In this document: piece by piece, positions 1-10,434 of the stretch
Position numbering within the stretch: position 1 is the stretch's first letter
Layout of the letters: the number at the start of each line of letters is the position of its first letter
From: Bdellovibrionales bacterium
GTDB lineage: Bacteria > Bdellovibrionota > Bdellovibrionia > Bdellovibrionales > UBA1609
NCBI GenBank assembly: GCA_965200875.1
Contig: OZ241456.1
Location: forward strand, 1-64,000
Direction of reading: 5' to 3'
DNA length: 64,000 nucleotides
Position numbers and translations under genes: made by a program
Notes under the pieces: generated by a model
Database searches by the model: none
Told to the model about the DNA's origin: nothing
What the model saw: only the letters and a program-made list of their open reading frames with translations

Positions 1-113
1 AAAACTAACCCCACTGAATTAAAAATCCCCTTGGAAGACGACCTTTACAGTCCTTTATTGCAAACGATAACCACCCGGAAAAGTTTATCATAGTGGAGAT
101 ATGGTTATGTGTT

Positions 114-1527
114 TTACTCTTGTTTGATGTATGTACAAGAACCGCCGGACGGTTGATAGGCAAGATGAATATCTGCTGGACCGATATCTGAAAGGTTTAT
201 ATTAGGGGTCGTGGTAAATTTTCGATATGTTGCGCCATCTCTTCCTTGGTATTCAAGGCTTGAGTGATTCAAGGTGTGACGAACTCCTGCAACATAAATA
301 TACCAAGAGGAATTGTTAAAATTAAAACCTGGTATTGCACTTATTCTTAACCAAACTGATGTCAAGTTTGGCCCATCTGTTCTGGGTATAAATCCTGGAA
401 GAGCGTTAATGGTAGTGGGAGTGCTACTCCCTTTAGTAGAGCCTATTCGAAGGTTGAGTGCAATATCAAAATAAGCGGGGTGATAGTAATATTGATTTTT
501 AACTGGTTGCTCGGAATTGTACTCAAAAGTAATGCTCGCAAGCTTTTCCTCTGATGGAGGATTACTTCCCGGACAGGGAGTCGGAGAAGGGGTGGGGGTC
601 AAAGAACCAGTGCTGGAACTGCTACTGGAGCTACTGCTGGAACTGCTACTGGAGCTACCACCACTTTCATCTTCATCAGAACAAAACTCTCGAAAACCTT
701 CTTCGTCATAATCAAAACCTGCTGTTTCTATCTCCCCTGAATACTCCTCCTCAAAATGATTGGCAGAATCCAAAAAATCCTCCAAATCATCATCACTTAA
801 CTTAATCAAAGCCTTACAGTAAGCCACCAAAGGTTCTTCATCGTCACCACAAAACGCATCTCCATCTCCGCAGGTTGAATCCACATAATCATCCAACCAG
901 TAAAATGCGTACTTGTTTTTTTCCTCCTCTTCTGCTATTTGCAAAAAAGTCTTACCAGATGCTATGGACTTGGTTAAAACACGATGCAAACTCTTGCTTC
1001 CCACTGCCTTTTGAAAAAGCTCTTCCAAAACATCAAAATCATCATCCTTATTTTCCAAAATCTCTGCCAAATCATCATCCTTTGCTACAGATACTAGAAA
1101 ATTCCGAACAGCTTGACGACTGGTATCTTGCACCAGATCAGCAAATTCCTCCGGATCAATCTCTAAAAAACAACCCAGGATTTTAGGATCAATATCCTGA
1201 ATTTTGTCCTTATCTTCCATTTGCTGAGTTAAAGTCTTAAAGGCTTCAACTGTGGAAGTGGTCAGCTCTTGGCATTTTTCTTCATTTTCTTTTTCAGAAA
1301 AAAGTTTGTTGCAATCCCGTTTGCAAGAGGATTTTTTTTCACAAGAATTTTCAGCACGGGCTTTATCACAAAACTGTATATCTTTTTTAACTCTATTTTC
1401 CTTAGGCGTGGGGGACCCCCTCTCTGGAGAATGGGGGGGGGGCGTCATAATCACAGCCTGCAAGAAAAATATAAAACAGGCTGAAAAAACTTAGGAACAT
1501 AAAAACTTGCAAAAATATTTTTTTCAT
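114..1527 (-). CDS. Cys-rich surface lipoprotein with Ser/Pro linker, frameshifted at a poly-C10 tract (putative phase-variable, OFF state)
   Basis: ATG at 1527 reads MKKIFLQVFMFLSFFSLFYIFLAGC (lipobox LAGC) but stops at 1402-1404. The 449-aa ORF 114..1463 is in the adjacent frame. Removing one base from G10 at 1433-1442 fuses them into a 470-aa protein. Confidence 0.75.
1433..1442 (-). repeat. Homopolymer C10 (G10 on +) slippage tract
   Basis: Ten consecutive G at 1433-1442, a few codons downstream of the lipobox Cys. Confidence 0.9.
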
Positions 1528-1611
1528 TTATTGAGTCCCTTGTATAATCTCTTTATTGACTTTTTCCAGCATAACATGATATATATTAAGGACAAACTCA
1601 AAGGAGAGACT

Positions 1612-1857
1612 ATGGGTTTTGATGCTTTAAAATATGTGGAAACTTTAAGAAAAGCCGGTATTCCTGACAGGCAGGCAGAAGCACAGGTGCGAGTATTGAA
1701 TGAGATTATTGATTCCAATTTAGCGACTAAAAGAGATATAAAAGAGCTGGAACAAAAAATCGTAATGATGGAACAAAGAATTGTAATCAAGCTGGGATCC
1801 CTTCTCACAGCCGGTCTCGTGGCCCTTGTCGCTTTATCTAAACTAAACTTAATTTAA
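1612..1857 (+). CDS. DUF1640/CCDC90-like small coiled-coil protein with C-terminal TM helix
   Basis: MGFDALKYVETLRKAGIPDRQAEA...LATKRDI motif and hydrophobic C-terminus. SD AAGGAG at 1601-1606 supports the ATG at 1612. Confidence 0.75.
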   Translation: MGFDALKYVETLRKAGIPDRQAEAQVRVLNEIIDSNLATKRDIKELEQKIVMMEQRIVIKLGSLLTAGLVALVALSKLNLI

Positions 1858-2052
1858 CAAACCATTGAACGGAAAATACGTTAGCAAGATAAACACCCAT
1901 ATAGTTATATGCTTTTTTTGACTTACACGCGTTCCTTTTTCAAGGAGATCCCACCTTTTCCTGTAATACTGTGAAATATCGAATGAATAAAAAAAATCAA
2001 TTTCAGCATAAAGAAGAAGGTAAAGGCAAATCAACAACCTATAAATAATAAA

Positions 2053-3069
2053 CTATAATTGCAAAGAAATTTGAACATCTTTATTTTCTTCCTCCCTTTC
2101 CAAGAGATTATAAAGCATAGGGATCTCTTTTTCAAATTGCAGAACAGTTAATAGCTGTCCATATTTTATTATTTTTTTATCATTATTGGAAAGAGAAAAA
2201 CCAGATAGGTCAAGACGATTTATTTTGTCCTCCGCTATTTTCAAAGCAGTTTCAATAGATGACTTCCCTTTTTGATTTCTATTTTTACGGCACACAATTA
2301 TAATATCCAACTGAATAGGGTTTTTTGCCTGAGATTTAGGAGTTGCAACAGACATTTCTGATTTTACAGGTTGTGAATTTACAACAAAAAAGCCAGACTC
2401 TAAAGTAGCTTTTATCACAGATTGCCAACCCTCACTTCTGGAATGATGATAAGTAAAAATTAACATTCCATCATCTTTTAAAACCCGATGACATTCCTGA
2501 AAAACATTTTTGAGTTTTTTCATAAAATTAATGGAATCATAACCCTGAACTTCCTCCTTTGGACGGCGAGTTGTCTTGTTGCCATTTATAAACCCTCGTG
2601 GAATCAGTTGTTGCCATGAATAAAAAAAGTCAGCTAATTCTGAATAATGAACATTATCAAAAAATGGAGGATCAGTAACTACAAGATCAATACTGTTATC
2701 CGGCAAGTAACTTGTAGAGGAACTACCACAAGATAAGTAGATTTTTCTGGATAAAGAAATCTTTTTTGTTGGCCACTGTGTATTAACTTGTTCCGTAAAA
2801 GCAGATGAACATTGTAACGGTGTATATCCTTTTATCTTATTTATTTCTGTTGGTTTTTGACGATATAATATAGCTCTTTTTATTCTATTTTGAAATAAAT
2901 TAAAAAATGAACCTGAACTTTTAGGTGTGCCCCAAATATTAGCTTCTATTGGCTTTCTTTCTGGCTTTAGAATATGATGAGAAAATATATGTCTTACTGC
3001 TCCTGTACCTTCACCTTTATAAGAAGCAAATATATTATTAAACTCAAGTGCACTTGAAAAAGCTAACAA
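2053..3069 (-). pseudogene. 5'-truncated adenine-specific DNA methyltransferase (C-terminal part only)
   Basis: SIDLVVTDPPFFDNVHYSELADFF and ECHRVLKDDGMLIFTYHH motifs. The reading frame runs into a stop near 3150 with no proper start and no N-terminal SAM-binding half. Confidence 0.7.
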
Positions 3070-3220
3070 AAAAAGATCACGAATGTCTGTATCTTTTATT
3101 TTTATAAAAGATAATCTCTGAAATAAAACTGGAAAATTACCACCTGTACTTTAAACATATTTCTCCCGGGCCATTTTTCAATCATTCCACACTCCTCATG
3201 AAACCATTATTCTTAATAAA

Positions 3221-5689
3221 TCAATTTCTTAAAGAGAAATTTAACACTTCTTCATGAAGTTTTTGTCGCAAATTTTTAAGCTTATCTAAACGAGGATGAG
3301 CTTTCACTCCTTTTTTCATTATATCCCACAAATTTTCCAAATAATCTTTTCTGGACTCATCATTTTTAATACCTGTTTTTGCCCATCGCAACCCTTGAGT
3401 CCCCAATACATGGTAAGGATAGGGGTCCTTTTTACCTCTTTCATTAATTAATTGAATAATACCATCATAAGCACCTTTTGCTGACTGATGTGCCTGTTCT
3501 GTATTCGGATTGGCAATAGCTTCTTTAAAAGATAGATGCGCTAAAGACAACTTCACCAATGGATCTGAAGAATTTAACCCGGATGATTGATTTAAATAAT
3601 TTCTGGCCAGATCCAAATTTCCATGTTCCAGCTCAAAACACCCTCTTTGCAACCAAAATTGGTGATTCCTTCCTAATAAATCAGCTACTGATTCATATAG
3701 CTTTTGAGCTTCCGAGATTTCAGAGCTTATCTTAAACAAAGCTTCGTGATTAATTAATTTTTTTAATAATCTTTTCATTCTCCCTTTTTCAGAACCTAGT
3801 TCATCAGATTTCACAGCAACTATATACACCAATCGTTCATAGTACATCATTAAATGTCCATCCGAATATAACCTTTCAATAATCTTTTCTGCAATCACTC
3901 CATGCCTGACTTTTAAACGATCCCTATCTTCTATAAAAAGTCCTCTTTTAACCAATTTATTAATGATATTTACAGTGCCGTTATCACGTCCTTCTCCCAT
4001 GCCTATTAAGATCTCTCCTTTCGATAGAGAAGAAAACTTTGCTGTTGCTAAAGCCACAAGACAATAAATATACCTGTCATTAGCCGGCAATTTTTCAAAT
4101 TCTTCGCATATTTTTTCAGTAAAACTCTTTCCAGAAGTAACCTCTATCATGGCAACAATAAGTTGTTTTTTATATTTGTTTTTAAAAAGCTCTACCTGCT
4201 GATTTCTTTTAATGTTTTTTAATGCACCTATCAGGTTTTTTTCTTCCAGCAAATCCAATAATTTATTGATTTCATTATCAGTTAATCTGTATGTATTAAA
4301 CTCTTTAGTATAAACAGACTGATCAAATAACGGGCTTTCAATAATCTGATCCACTTTAGTGTTTCTTGGAACCAAAGCAATAAATTTAAGTTTTTTACTG
4401 AGAGCCAAACTTGAGATTATTTGAGCAAATTCCCGGCCATACCTCTCCGGTGTATCTATAAAAAGCGATTCCAAATTTTCAGTGTTGCTTACAAGGTCAT
4501 CAATTTTATGAGGAGAAATTTCAGAGTCACGATCAATCCATCCAATAGTTTGTCCTTTATTTGAAAAATAAAGAGCGATTCTCATTGCAAAAGATGTTTT
4601 GCCGTCTCCGGCAGTCCCGGTAAAAATAAAAATCGGAGTGGAGTTTTTTTGTTTTGTTTTTACACTTTCCTTTATTGTTTTGATCCACTCCTTTTCTTTA
4701 TCTCTTTCAATCACTGTATTGGAATACACATCCTTCCAAGAAGGCTCAGCACCCAATAAATAAGGAATGGTGCGTGATGATTGATTTCTGGTTATTAAAT
4801 CTGAAACAACAGGAACAGTTTTAACAACAGACTCAGAAACAGATTGCTTTAGTTTTATAAAGCCTTTTTTAGTTTCTACCTCTAAAGGTATTAAAAATTT
4901 TTCGCAAAACTGCTCCCAAGTATGAGGAACCCAGATTATATTATATTCTTTTAAAAGCTCTATTTTAAATTGAGAAAGCTCAGGAGTGACAATAAGTGAT
5001 TTGGGACGATTCTCGTTATTCATCCCTCTTTTTTTTCTTAACTGAATATAATGCCATAATGCCTGTTCGTCCAATTTACTACCTATAAATACAAAAGGAA
5101 ACTGAAGAACTTCTGAAGCAAGATTGATATAATAGGCATCAAGATTGGCTGTTTTTTCAGAATATTGTTCCTGAGAAAAAGTCACTCCATCAGGAATATC
5201 CTCCAACATTCCATGTAGATATGTAACTATTAAATTTTTAGATATATGTCCCTGATTCCTTATATTATTGGATACACAAGTTACTTTGCGATCAAATTTG
5301 AACTTAACCTGAGCTGAAGTAAACAGACTGTCAATATTGATTGTATACACCTTTTTCCAAGGTTGATTAATAATAACTTTATATTCTTCTTTAAGGGTTT
5401 CAGGATTTACTGCAAATCGCTCCTTCAAATATAAACTGACTTTATTTTTCTTTTTGCGCATAGCTACCTGATACACTTCCTTTAAAGAATCCTCTCTTGA
5501 ATACGGCATTTCTATTCTTTGAGCAATTTCTTTAGCCAATTCATGGGATGTTGGTAAAGTTTTGCCTTGCCTATCTTTTGCCCCTGAAGAAAACCCCGCC
5601 CCTGTAAATAAGATTAAATTTCCTTCCGAAAGCTTACGGCCTAGATAGCTTTTTATACGACTTTCTTCCGCTTTGGTTATAGTGTGCAA
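3221..5689 (-). CDS. SIR2-like NADase + STAND-type P-loop NTPase + helical/TPR-like C-terminus (Avs5-like antiphage protein)
   Basis: LILFTGAGFS, YTINID, YLHG and FIGSKL SIR2 motifs; Walker A GTAGDGKT; TPR-like HQFWLQRG...LARNYLNQS region. Confidence 0.8.
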   Translation of the reverse strand: MHTITKAEESRIKSYLGRKLSEGNLILFTGAGFSSGAKDRQGKTLPTSHELAKEIAQRIEMPYSREDSLKEVYQVAMRKKKNKVSLYLKERFAVNPETLKEEYKVIINQPWKKVYTINIDSLFTSAQVKFKFDRKVTCVSNNIRNQGHISKNLIVTYLHGMLEDIPDGVTFSQEQYSEKTANLDAYYINLASEVLQFPFVFIGSKLDEQALWHYIQLRKKRGMNNENRPKSLIVTPELSQFKIELLKEYNIIWVPHTWEQFCEKFLIPLEVETKKGFIKLKQSVSESVVKTVPVVSDLITRNQSSRTIPYLLGAEPSWKDVYSNTVIERDKEKEWIKTIKESVKTKQKNSTPIFIFTGTAGDGKTSFAMRIALYFSNKGQTIGWIDRDSEISPHKIDDLVSNTENLESLFIDTPERYGREFAQIISSLALSKKLKFIALVPRNTKVDQIIESPLFDQSVYTKEFNTYRLTDNEINKLLDLLEEKNLIGALKNIKRNQQVELFKNKYKKQLIVAMIEVTSGKSFTEKICEEFEKLPANDRYIYCLVALATAKFSSLSKGEILIGMGEGRDNGTVNIINKLVKRGLFIEDRDRLKVRHGVIAEKIIERLYSDGHLMMYYERLVYIVAVKSDELGSEKGRMKRLLKKLINHEALFKISSEISEAQKLYESVADLLGRNHQFWLQRGCFELEHGNLDLARNYLNQSSGLNSSDPLVKLSLAHLSFKEAIANPNTEQAHQSAKGAYDGIIQLINERGKKDPYPYHVLGTQGLRWAKTGIKNDESRKDYLENLWDIMKKGVKAHPRLDKLKNLRQKLHEEVLNFSLRN

Positions 5690-5717
5690 ATTGATTCTCC
5701 TTGGTTTGGTGGGCTTT

Positions 5718-5921
5718 TTAGTTTGGCTTTCCTTTGGTGATATGAGTTAAAAAATGCTCTCCATCAAAATGAATAATATGATCAGGATTATCTGCTGTCC
5801 ATACTTCTGTCTCCCAAGCTATATCCATAAGAAATTGTTTAGCTTGAGTTAACTTTTTCTCTTTGTCCATAAGTGCTGAATTGAAAATCTTCGAATATTT
5901 AGCTCTTATTACTGTTTCCAT
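5718..5921 (-). pseudogene. C-terminal remnant of a BsuBI/PstI-family type II restriction endonuclease
   Basis: DIAWETEVWTADNPDHIIHFDGEHFL matches the characteristic C-terminus of this family. Only ~40 codons are recognisable. Confidence 0.7.
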
Positions 5922-5924
5922 TTA

Positions 5925-6593
5925 TTACCGGAGATTAAAAGTTAGAAAATCCTCTTCTCTGGGGAAGGAAAAAGAAACTTTGAGGTCTTTATTTGTGTTT
6001 TCTTTAATAAAACGAACCTCACTTAAAATCCATTTGTCGGGCCAACGAATGGACACATGACTGAACATTATAGTCATGTCTTTACTTTGAAATAATTGCG
6101 TATCCACCGGAGATTGTAAAATTTTCTGTTTGGGTATCACAAAAGGACCTATCCGAAGGGGCTGACTCAATTTGAATTTACATTTTGCTTTTATGATCAT
6201 TTTTGGCACATGACCATGAAGAGACATCCCTTCTGCTATAAAAGTCATATCTAGGGTTTGATACTCCTGACACGCCAATACGGATTCGCCGGATTTTGAT
6301 TTCACTAAAAGATGACCTAAGTAAAGCCAAATTTCATCTTTTTTGTTTTCCACGGCCCTAGGATGCACCAAGGTTTTTTGTCGCTCTCTTGTAAAACCCC
6401 TTCCTTCCACCACCGCAGGTGTCAAACTGGCAATACCTCTGACACTCTTATCAGGAAAATAGGAATCCCGGTTATTCAAACGGATAAACACCTGCCCATC
6501 CCAGGAATTTTGAGAAATAAAATAACCCGCAAAAAAAACCGAACAAAGAAAAACAAAACCCACATAAAACTGAAAGCTTTTAAATATTTTCAT
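5925..6593 (-). CDS. Hypothetical membrane-anchored protein
   Basis: ORF directly after pepA, N-terminal TM helix; ATG at 6593 preferred. Confidence 0.65.
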   Translation of the reverse strand: MKIFKSFQFYVGFVFLCSVFFAGYFISQNSWDGQVFIRLNNRDSYFPDKSVRGIASLTPAVVEGRGFTRERQKTLVHPRAVENKKDEIWLYLGHLLVKSKSGESVLACQEYQTLDMTFIAEGMSLHGHVPKMIIKAKCKFKLSQPLRIGPFVIPKQKILQSPVDTQLFQSKDMTIMFSHVSIRWPDKWILSEVRFIKENTNKDLKVSFSFPREEDFLTFNLR

Positions 6594-6600
6594 AAGAGTA

Positions 6601-8094
6601 TTATCGGATATATTGCTTAGCCAATTCAACAAAAGTTCTGACCATCACCCCTGAAGCAGATTTAGGGCGACAATAAGGCAAACGATGAGACACATTATAA
6701 GCCGTTCCAGCAATATCTAGGTGCGCCCAGGGAATGTTTTTATCCACAAAATGCTCTAAAAAAGCCGCGGCGGTGGAACTACCTCCTCCATAACCCGCTG
6801 AAATATTGGCTACATCAGCCACCTTGCTTTTAATGTCTTTCACATGAAAGTCATCCAAAGGGAGTCCCCATATCTTTTCACCGGAACTAAAACCCGCTTC
6901 TTTAATTCGTTTTTCCAACTCCTGATTTCTGGTAAAAAGTCCTGTATAAATATCGCTGAGAGCCACTACTATAGCCCCGGTTAAAGTGGCTGAATCCACA
7001 ATAAACTCAGGCTTTTGCTCACAGGCGTAAGAAAGTACATCCGCCAGCACCAAACGCCCCTCCGCATCTGTGTTCAACACTTCCATTGTTTTGCCGTTTC
7101 GGGCCGTAAGAACATCTCCTGGTTTAGTGGCAGACGCTCCGGGCATATTTTCCGTAGAACCTACCAAACCTATAACATTTACCTTTAATTGCAGACGAGC
7201 TATGGCCAACAAAGCACCAATAACAGCTACAGAACCACACATATCAAATTTCATTTCATCCATATTTTTAGAGGGCTTAATGCTAATTCCCCCCGAATCA
7301 AAAGTAAGGCCTTTTCCCACAAAACAAAGTGGTTTGGTTTTTTTACTTCCATTATTACCTTTATAGTCCATAATAATCATACGAGGTTCTTGGCTACTGC
7401 CTAAAGAGACCCCTAAAAGCCCACCCATTTTTTCTTTTTTAATTCGATCCTTGTTCCACACACTCACTTTAACATTTTTAAGGCCCCGAAATTTATTTTG
7501 TGTTTCCTGAGCCAATTTTACCGGGGTCATTAAATTAGCGGGAGTGTCCGCCAGACGACGGGCAAAGTTAACGCTGTCCGCTAAAACTTTAGCGGAATCC
7601 ATACTGGCTTTTAACTCTTTGGATAAAGGAACTCCGGTAAAAGAAATATTTTTAACAAATTTTTTATCTTTTTTCTTTTCCTGAAGTTCATCAAACTTAT
7701 AATGAGCCAAAGTAAAACCCTCACCAAGAGCACGCGCTACATCAGAAAGTGTATGAGAAAACCCCACACAAAAAGATAAATCCACTTCTGCTGTGGAAAG
7801 AGAGTGTTTTTCCAACTCTCTATAGGCACTGCCTGCCACTTGACGAAAAACTTCCAAGTTGATTTTTTTAGCCTCCCCTAAACCCACCAACAAAAGATGC
7901 GCGTATTTACCCACCTGCGTACAGGGTAAAAATAAAGTATCATTTTTTCCAGCCTTGAATATCTTGTCCCGAAAAACCTGCTCGTTAAGGCGAAAAAGGG
8001 CAGAAGAGGATTTTTTTTTCTCCAAGCCTTTTTTGGAAATCATTAAAATCAGACAAGCACCGGCACTCGGTGCGGATGTAAAAGAAAGTCTCAT
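6601..8094 (-). CDS. pepA: Leucyl aminopeptidase (M17)
   Basis: VGKGLTFDSGGISIKP, MKFDMCG and NTDAEGRL motifs. Confidence 0.95.
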   Translation of the reverse strand: MRLSFTSAPSAGACLILMISKKGLEKKKSSSALFRLNEQVFRDKIFKAGKNDTLFLPCTQVGKYAHLLLVGLGEAKKINLEVFRQVAGSAYRELEKHSLSTAEVDLSFCVGFSHTLSDVARALGEGFTLAHYKFDELQEKKKDKKFVKNISFTGVPLSKELKASMDSAKVLADSVNFARRLADTPANLMTPVKLAQETQNKFRGLKNVKVSVWNKDRIKKEKMGGLLGVSLGSSQEPRMIIMDYKGNNGSKKTKPLCFVGKGLTFDSGGISIKPSKNMDEMKFDMCGSVAVIGALLAIARLQLKVNVIGLVGSTENMPGASATKPGDVLTARNGKTMEVLNTDAEGRLVLADVLSYACEQKPEFIVDSATLTGAIVVALSDIYTGLFTRNQELEKRIKEAGFSSGEKIWGLPLDDFHVKDIKSKVADVANISAGYGGGSSTAAAFLEHFVDKNIPWAHLDIAGTAYNVSHRLPYCRPKSASGVMVRTFVELAKQYIR

Positions 8095-8289
8095 GGCAAT
8101 CTCCTTTATTTATAAAAAGTGACTTTTTAGCACATTCCATTCAGCTTGTCCACAAAACCCTTTAAACAATCCCTTAAAAATATTTTTTTAAATTAATAAT
8201 GTTATTTAAGTTGCGCTTATAAGAACCCGACAAATAAAATAATTAAACAAAAGAGTCTCTCGACTCTGGTCCTGAAAAAGGAGAACAAC

Positions 8290-8898
8290 TTGGCTCTTAT
8301 TCCTATTGTTATTGAACAAACTCCCCGCGGGGAAAGAAGTTATGATATTTACTCCCGTTTATTAAAAGATCGTATTGTTATGCTGGGAGCACCTATTACC
8401 AATGAAACCCTGAACAGTATCATGGCACAAATGCTGTTTTTGGAAAAAGAAAACCCGGAAAAGGATGTCCATTTTTATATCAGCTCTCCGGGAGGTTCTG
8501 TAAGCGCGGGTTTGGGCATATATGACATAATGCAGTTTATCAAATGTGATGTCAGCACTTATTGTATTGGTATGGCGGCCAGCATGGGTTCTTTGCTTCT
8601 TTGTGCCGGCACAGCTGGCAAAAGATATATATTGCCTCATGCGCGGGTTATGATACATCAGCCTTTAGTAGGGGGAGACGGCATTTCAGGTCAGGAAAGC
8701 GATATAGCGATTGAGGCTAAAGAAATGGCCATAACAAAGAAAAAACTAACGGAAATTTATGCCAAGCATACAAAAAAGGACTTAAAAACTCTCTCAACCA
8801 CTATGAATCGAAATCACTATATGAGTCCTCAAGAGGCACTTGACTTTAATTTGGTGGATCACATAGTTTTTCCTAGAAAGGAGAAAAAGGTGGCGTAA
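8290..8898 (+). CDS. clpP: ATP-dependent Clp protease proteolytic subunit
   Basis: [21 protein letters not shown] and MIHQP motifs; TTG start after AAGGAG. Confidence 0.95.
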   Translation: MALIPIVIEQTPRGERSYDIYSRLLKDRIVMLGAPITNETLNSIMAQMLFLEKENPEKDVHFYISSPGGSVSAGLGIYDIMQFIKCDVSTYCIGMAASMGSLLLCAGTAGKRYILPHARVMIHQPLVGGDGISGQESDIAIEAKEMAITKKKLTEIYAKHTKKDLKTLSTTMNRNHYMSPQEALDFNLVDHIVFPRKEKKVA

Positions 8899-9047
8899 AA
8901 AACAGCCAAGGTTTTCATTATTCAGATTCTGGTGTTATATTAACACTAGAAAAATGAAACAGGCTCTTTTTTTACCGACATCTCACATTAAGAGAAAAAT
9001 AATAATAAAAACATAAAGTTTTATTGCATTCCAGAAAGTAAAATAAC

Positions 9048-10388
9048 ATGAACACAAGAAGACAATATAATTGCAGTTTTTGTCAGAAAAACCAAAAAAG
9101 CGTAAAAAAACTGATCGCAGGACCAGGTGGTGTATATATTTGCTCCAGCTGTATTGAGCTTTGTAACGATCTTATTTCTGAAGAGGAAAAAAAAGCCAAA
9201 AAAAATATAAATATTCCCACCCCCATTGAAATTCATAAACACCTGAATGGATACATTATCGGACAACATGTCGCTAAAAAAATACTTTCCGTGGCTGTGC
9301 ATAACCACTACAAAAGAATACACTCCTCTTCCAAAAAAAGATCTTCAAAAAAAGAAGATGTGGAGATTGCTAAAAGCAATGTCCTCTTAATTGGCCCTAC
9401 CGGTTCCGGGAAAACTCTGCTGGCTCAAACCATTGCCCGGCTGTTGGATGTACCATTTGCCATATCTGACGCAACAGCACTGACAGAGGCAGGTTATGTG
9501 GGGGAAGATGTGGAAAATGTCATTCTCAATTTATTACAAGCCGCAGACTATAATGTAGAAAAAGCACAAAAAGGTGTCATTTACATTGATGAAATTGACA
9601 AAATCACTCGAAAATCAGAAAACCCATCCATTACCAGAGATGTAAGCGGAGAAGGGGTGCAACAAGCTTTATTAAAAATTCTGGAAGGGACAACAGCTAA
9701 TCTACCTCCAAAAGGAGGCCGAAAGCATCCTCAACAGGAGTTTATTCAAGTGAACACTTCCAATATATTGTTTATCGTGGGAGGAGCTTTTGTGGGTCTA
9801 GAAAATATTATTGAAAACAGAGTGTCCAACAAAACTATGGGTATCGCGGCAGACATTCAAACAGATGAAGAAAAGCTGAAAACCACACACAACTTACTTA
9901 AAAAAGTGGAACCCAGTGATTTGTCCCGATATGGCTTGATTCCTGAATTTATTGGACGCTTGCCTGTTGTCGCTGTCCTAGAATCCCTGGATGAAAAATC
10001 TCTTATCGAAATTTTACAAAAGCCAAAAAATGCCTTGGTCAAACAATTTCAAAAATTAATGCAATATGATGATGTGGAGCTTATTTTCGAAGAAAAAGCT
10101 CTAAAAGCCATAGCCCATTTGGCTATCCGAAAAAAAACCGGAGCGAGGGGGCTGAGAGGGGTAATTGAAAATTCCATACAAGATCTCATGTACAAAGTGC
10201 CTTCCGATCCTTCCATCCAAAAATGCGTGATTACCGAAGATGTTATCTTAAAAAACAAAGAACCTCATATTGTATATGAAAACAAAAAAAACAAAAAGCA
10301 AACAGAACTGGCAAAAAAAGCTAATTATTTGTATAATAGTAAGGTGAAGCGTAGAAAACAAGCAGTGGGTTCGGAAGAAAGCGCGTAA
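9048..10388 (+). CDS. clpX: ATP-dependent Clp protease ATP-binding subunit
   Basis: N-terminal C4 zinc finger, [22 protein letters not shown]. Confidence 0.97.
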   Translation: MNTRRQYNCSFCQKNQKSVKKLIAGPGGVYICSSCIELCNDLISEEEKKAKKNINIPTPIEIHKHLNGYIIGQHVAKKILSVAVHNHYKRIHSSSKKRSSKKEDVEIAKSNVLLIGPTGSGKTLLAQTIARLLDVPFAISDATALTEAGYVGEDVENVILNLLQAADYNVEKAQKGVIYIDEIDKITRKSENPSITRDVSGEGVQQALLKILEGTTANLPPKGGRKHPQQEFIQVNTSNILFIVGGAFVGLENIIENRVSNKTMGIAADIQTDEEKLKTTHNLLKKVEPSDLSRYGLIPEFIGRLPVVAVLESLDEKSLIEILQKPKNALVKQFQKLMQYDDVELIFEEKALKAIAHLAIRKKTGARGLRGVIENSIQDLMYKVPSDPSIQKCVITEDVILKNKEPHIVYENKKNKKQTELAKKANYLYNSKVKRRKQAVGSEESA

Positions 10389-10434
10389 CAAGTTAAACTG
10401 AACCTATAAGAAGCCACACATTAACCGGAATCCA

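Noticed and set aside
1..93. 3' end of a plus-strand gene entering the window
   Set aside because: An open frame of only 30 codons to TAG at 91-93; too little to assign.
1849..2037. 62-aa ORF between the DUF1640-like gene and the methylase fragment
   Set aside because: No recognisable motif or SD; likely spurious or decayed DNA.
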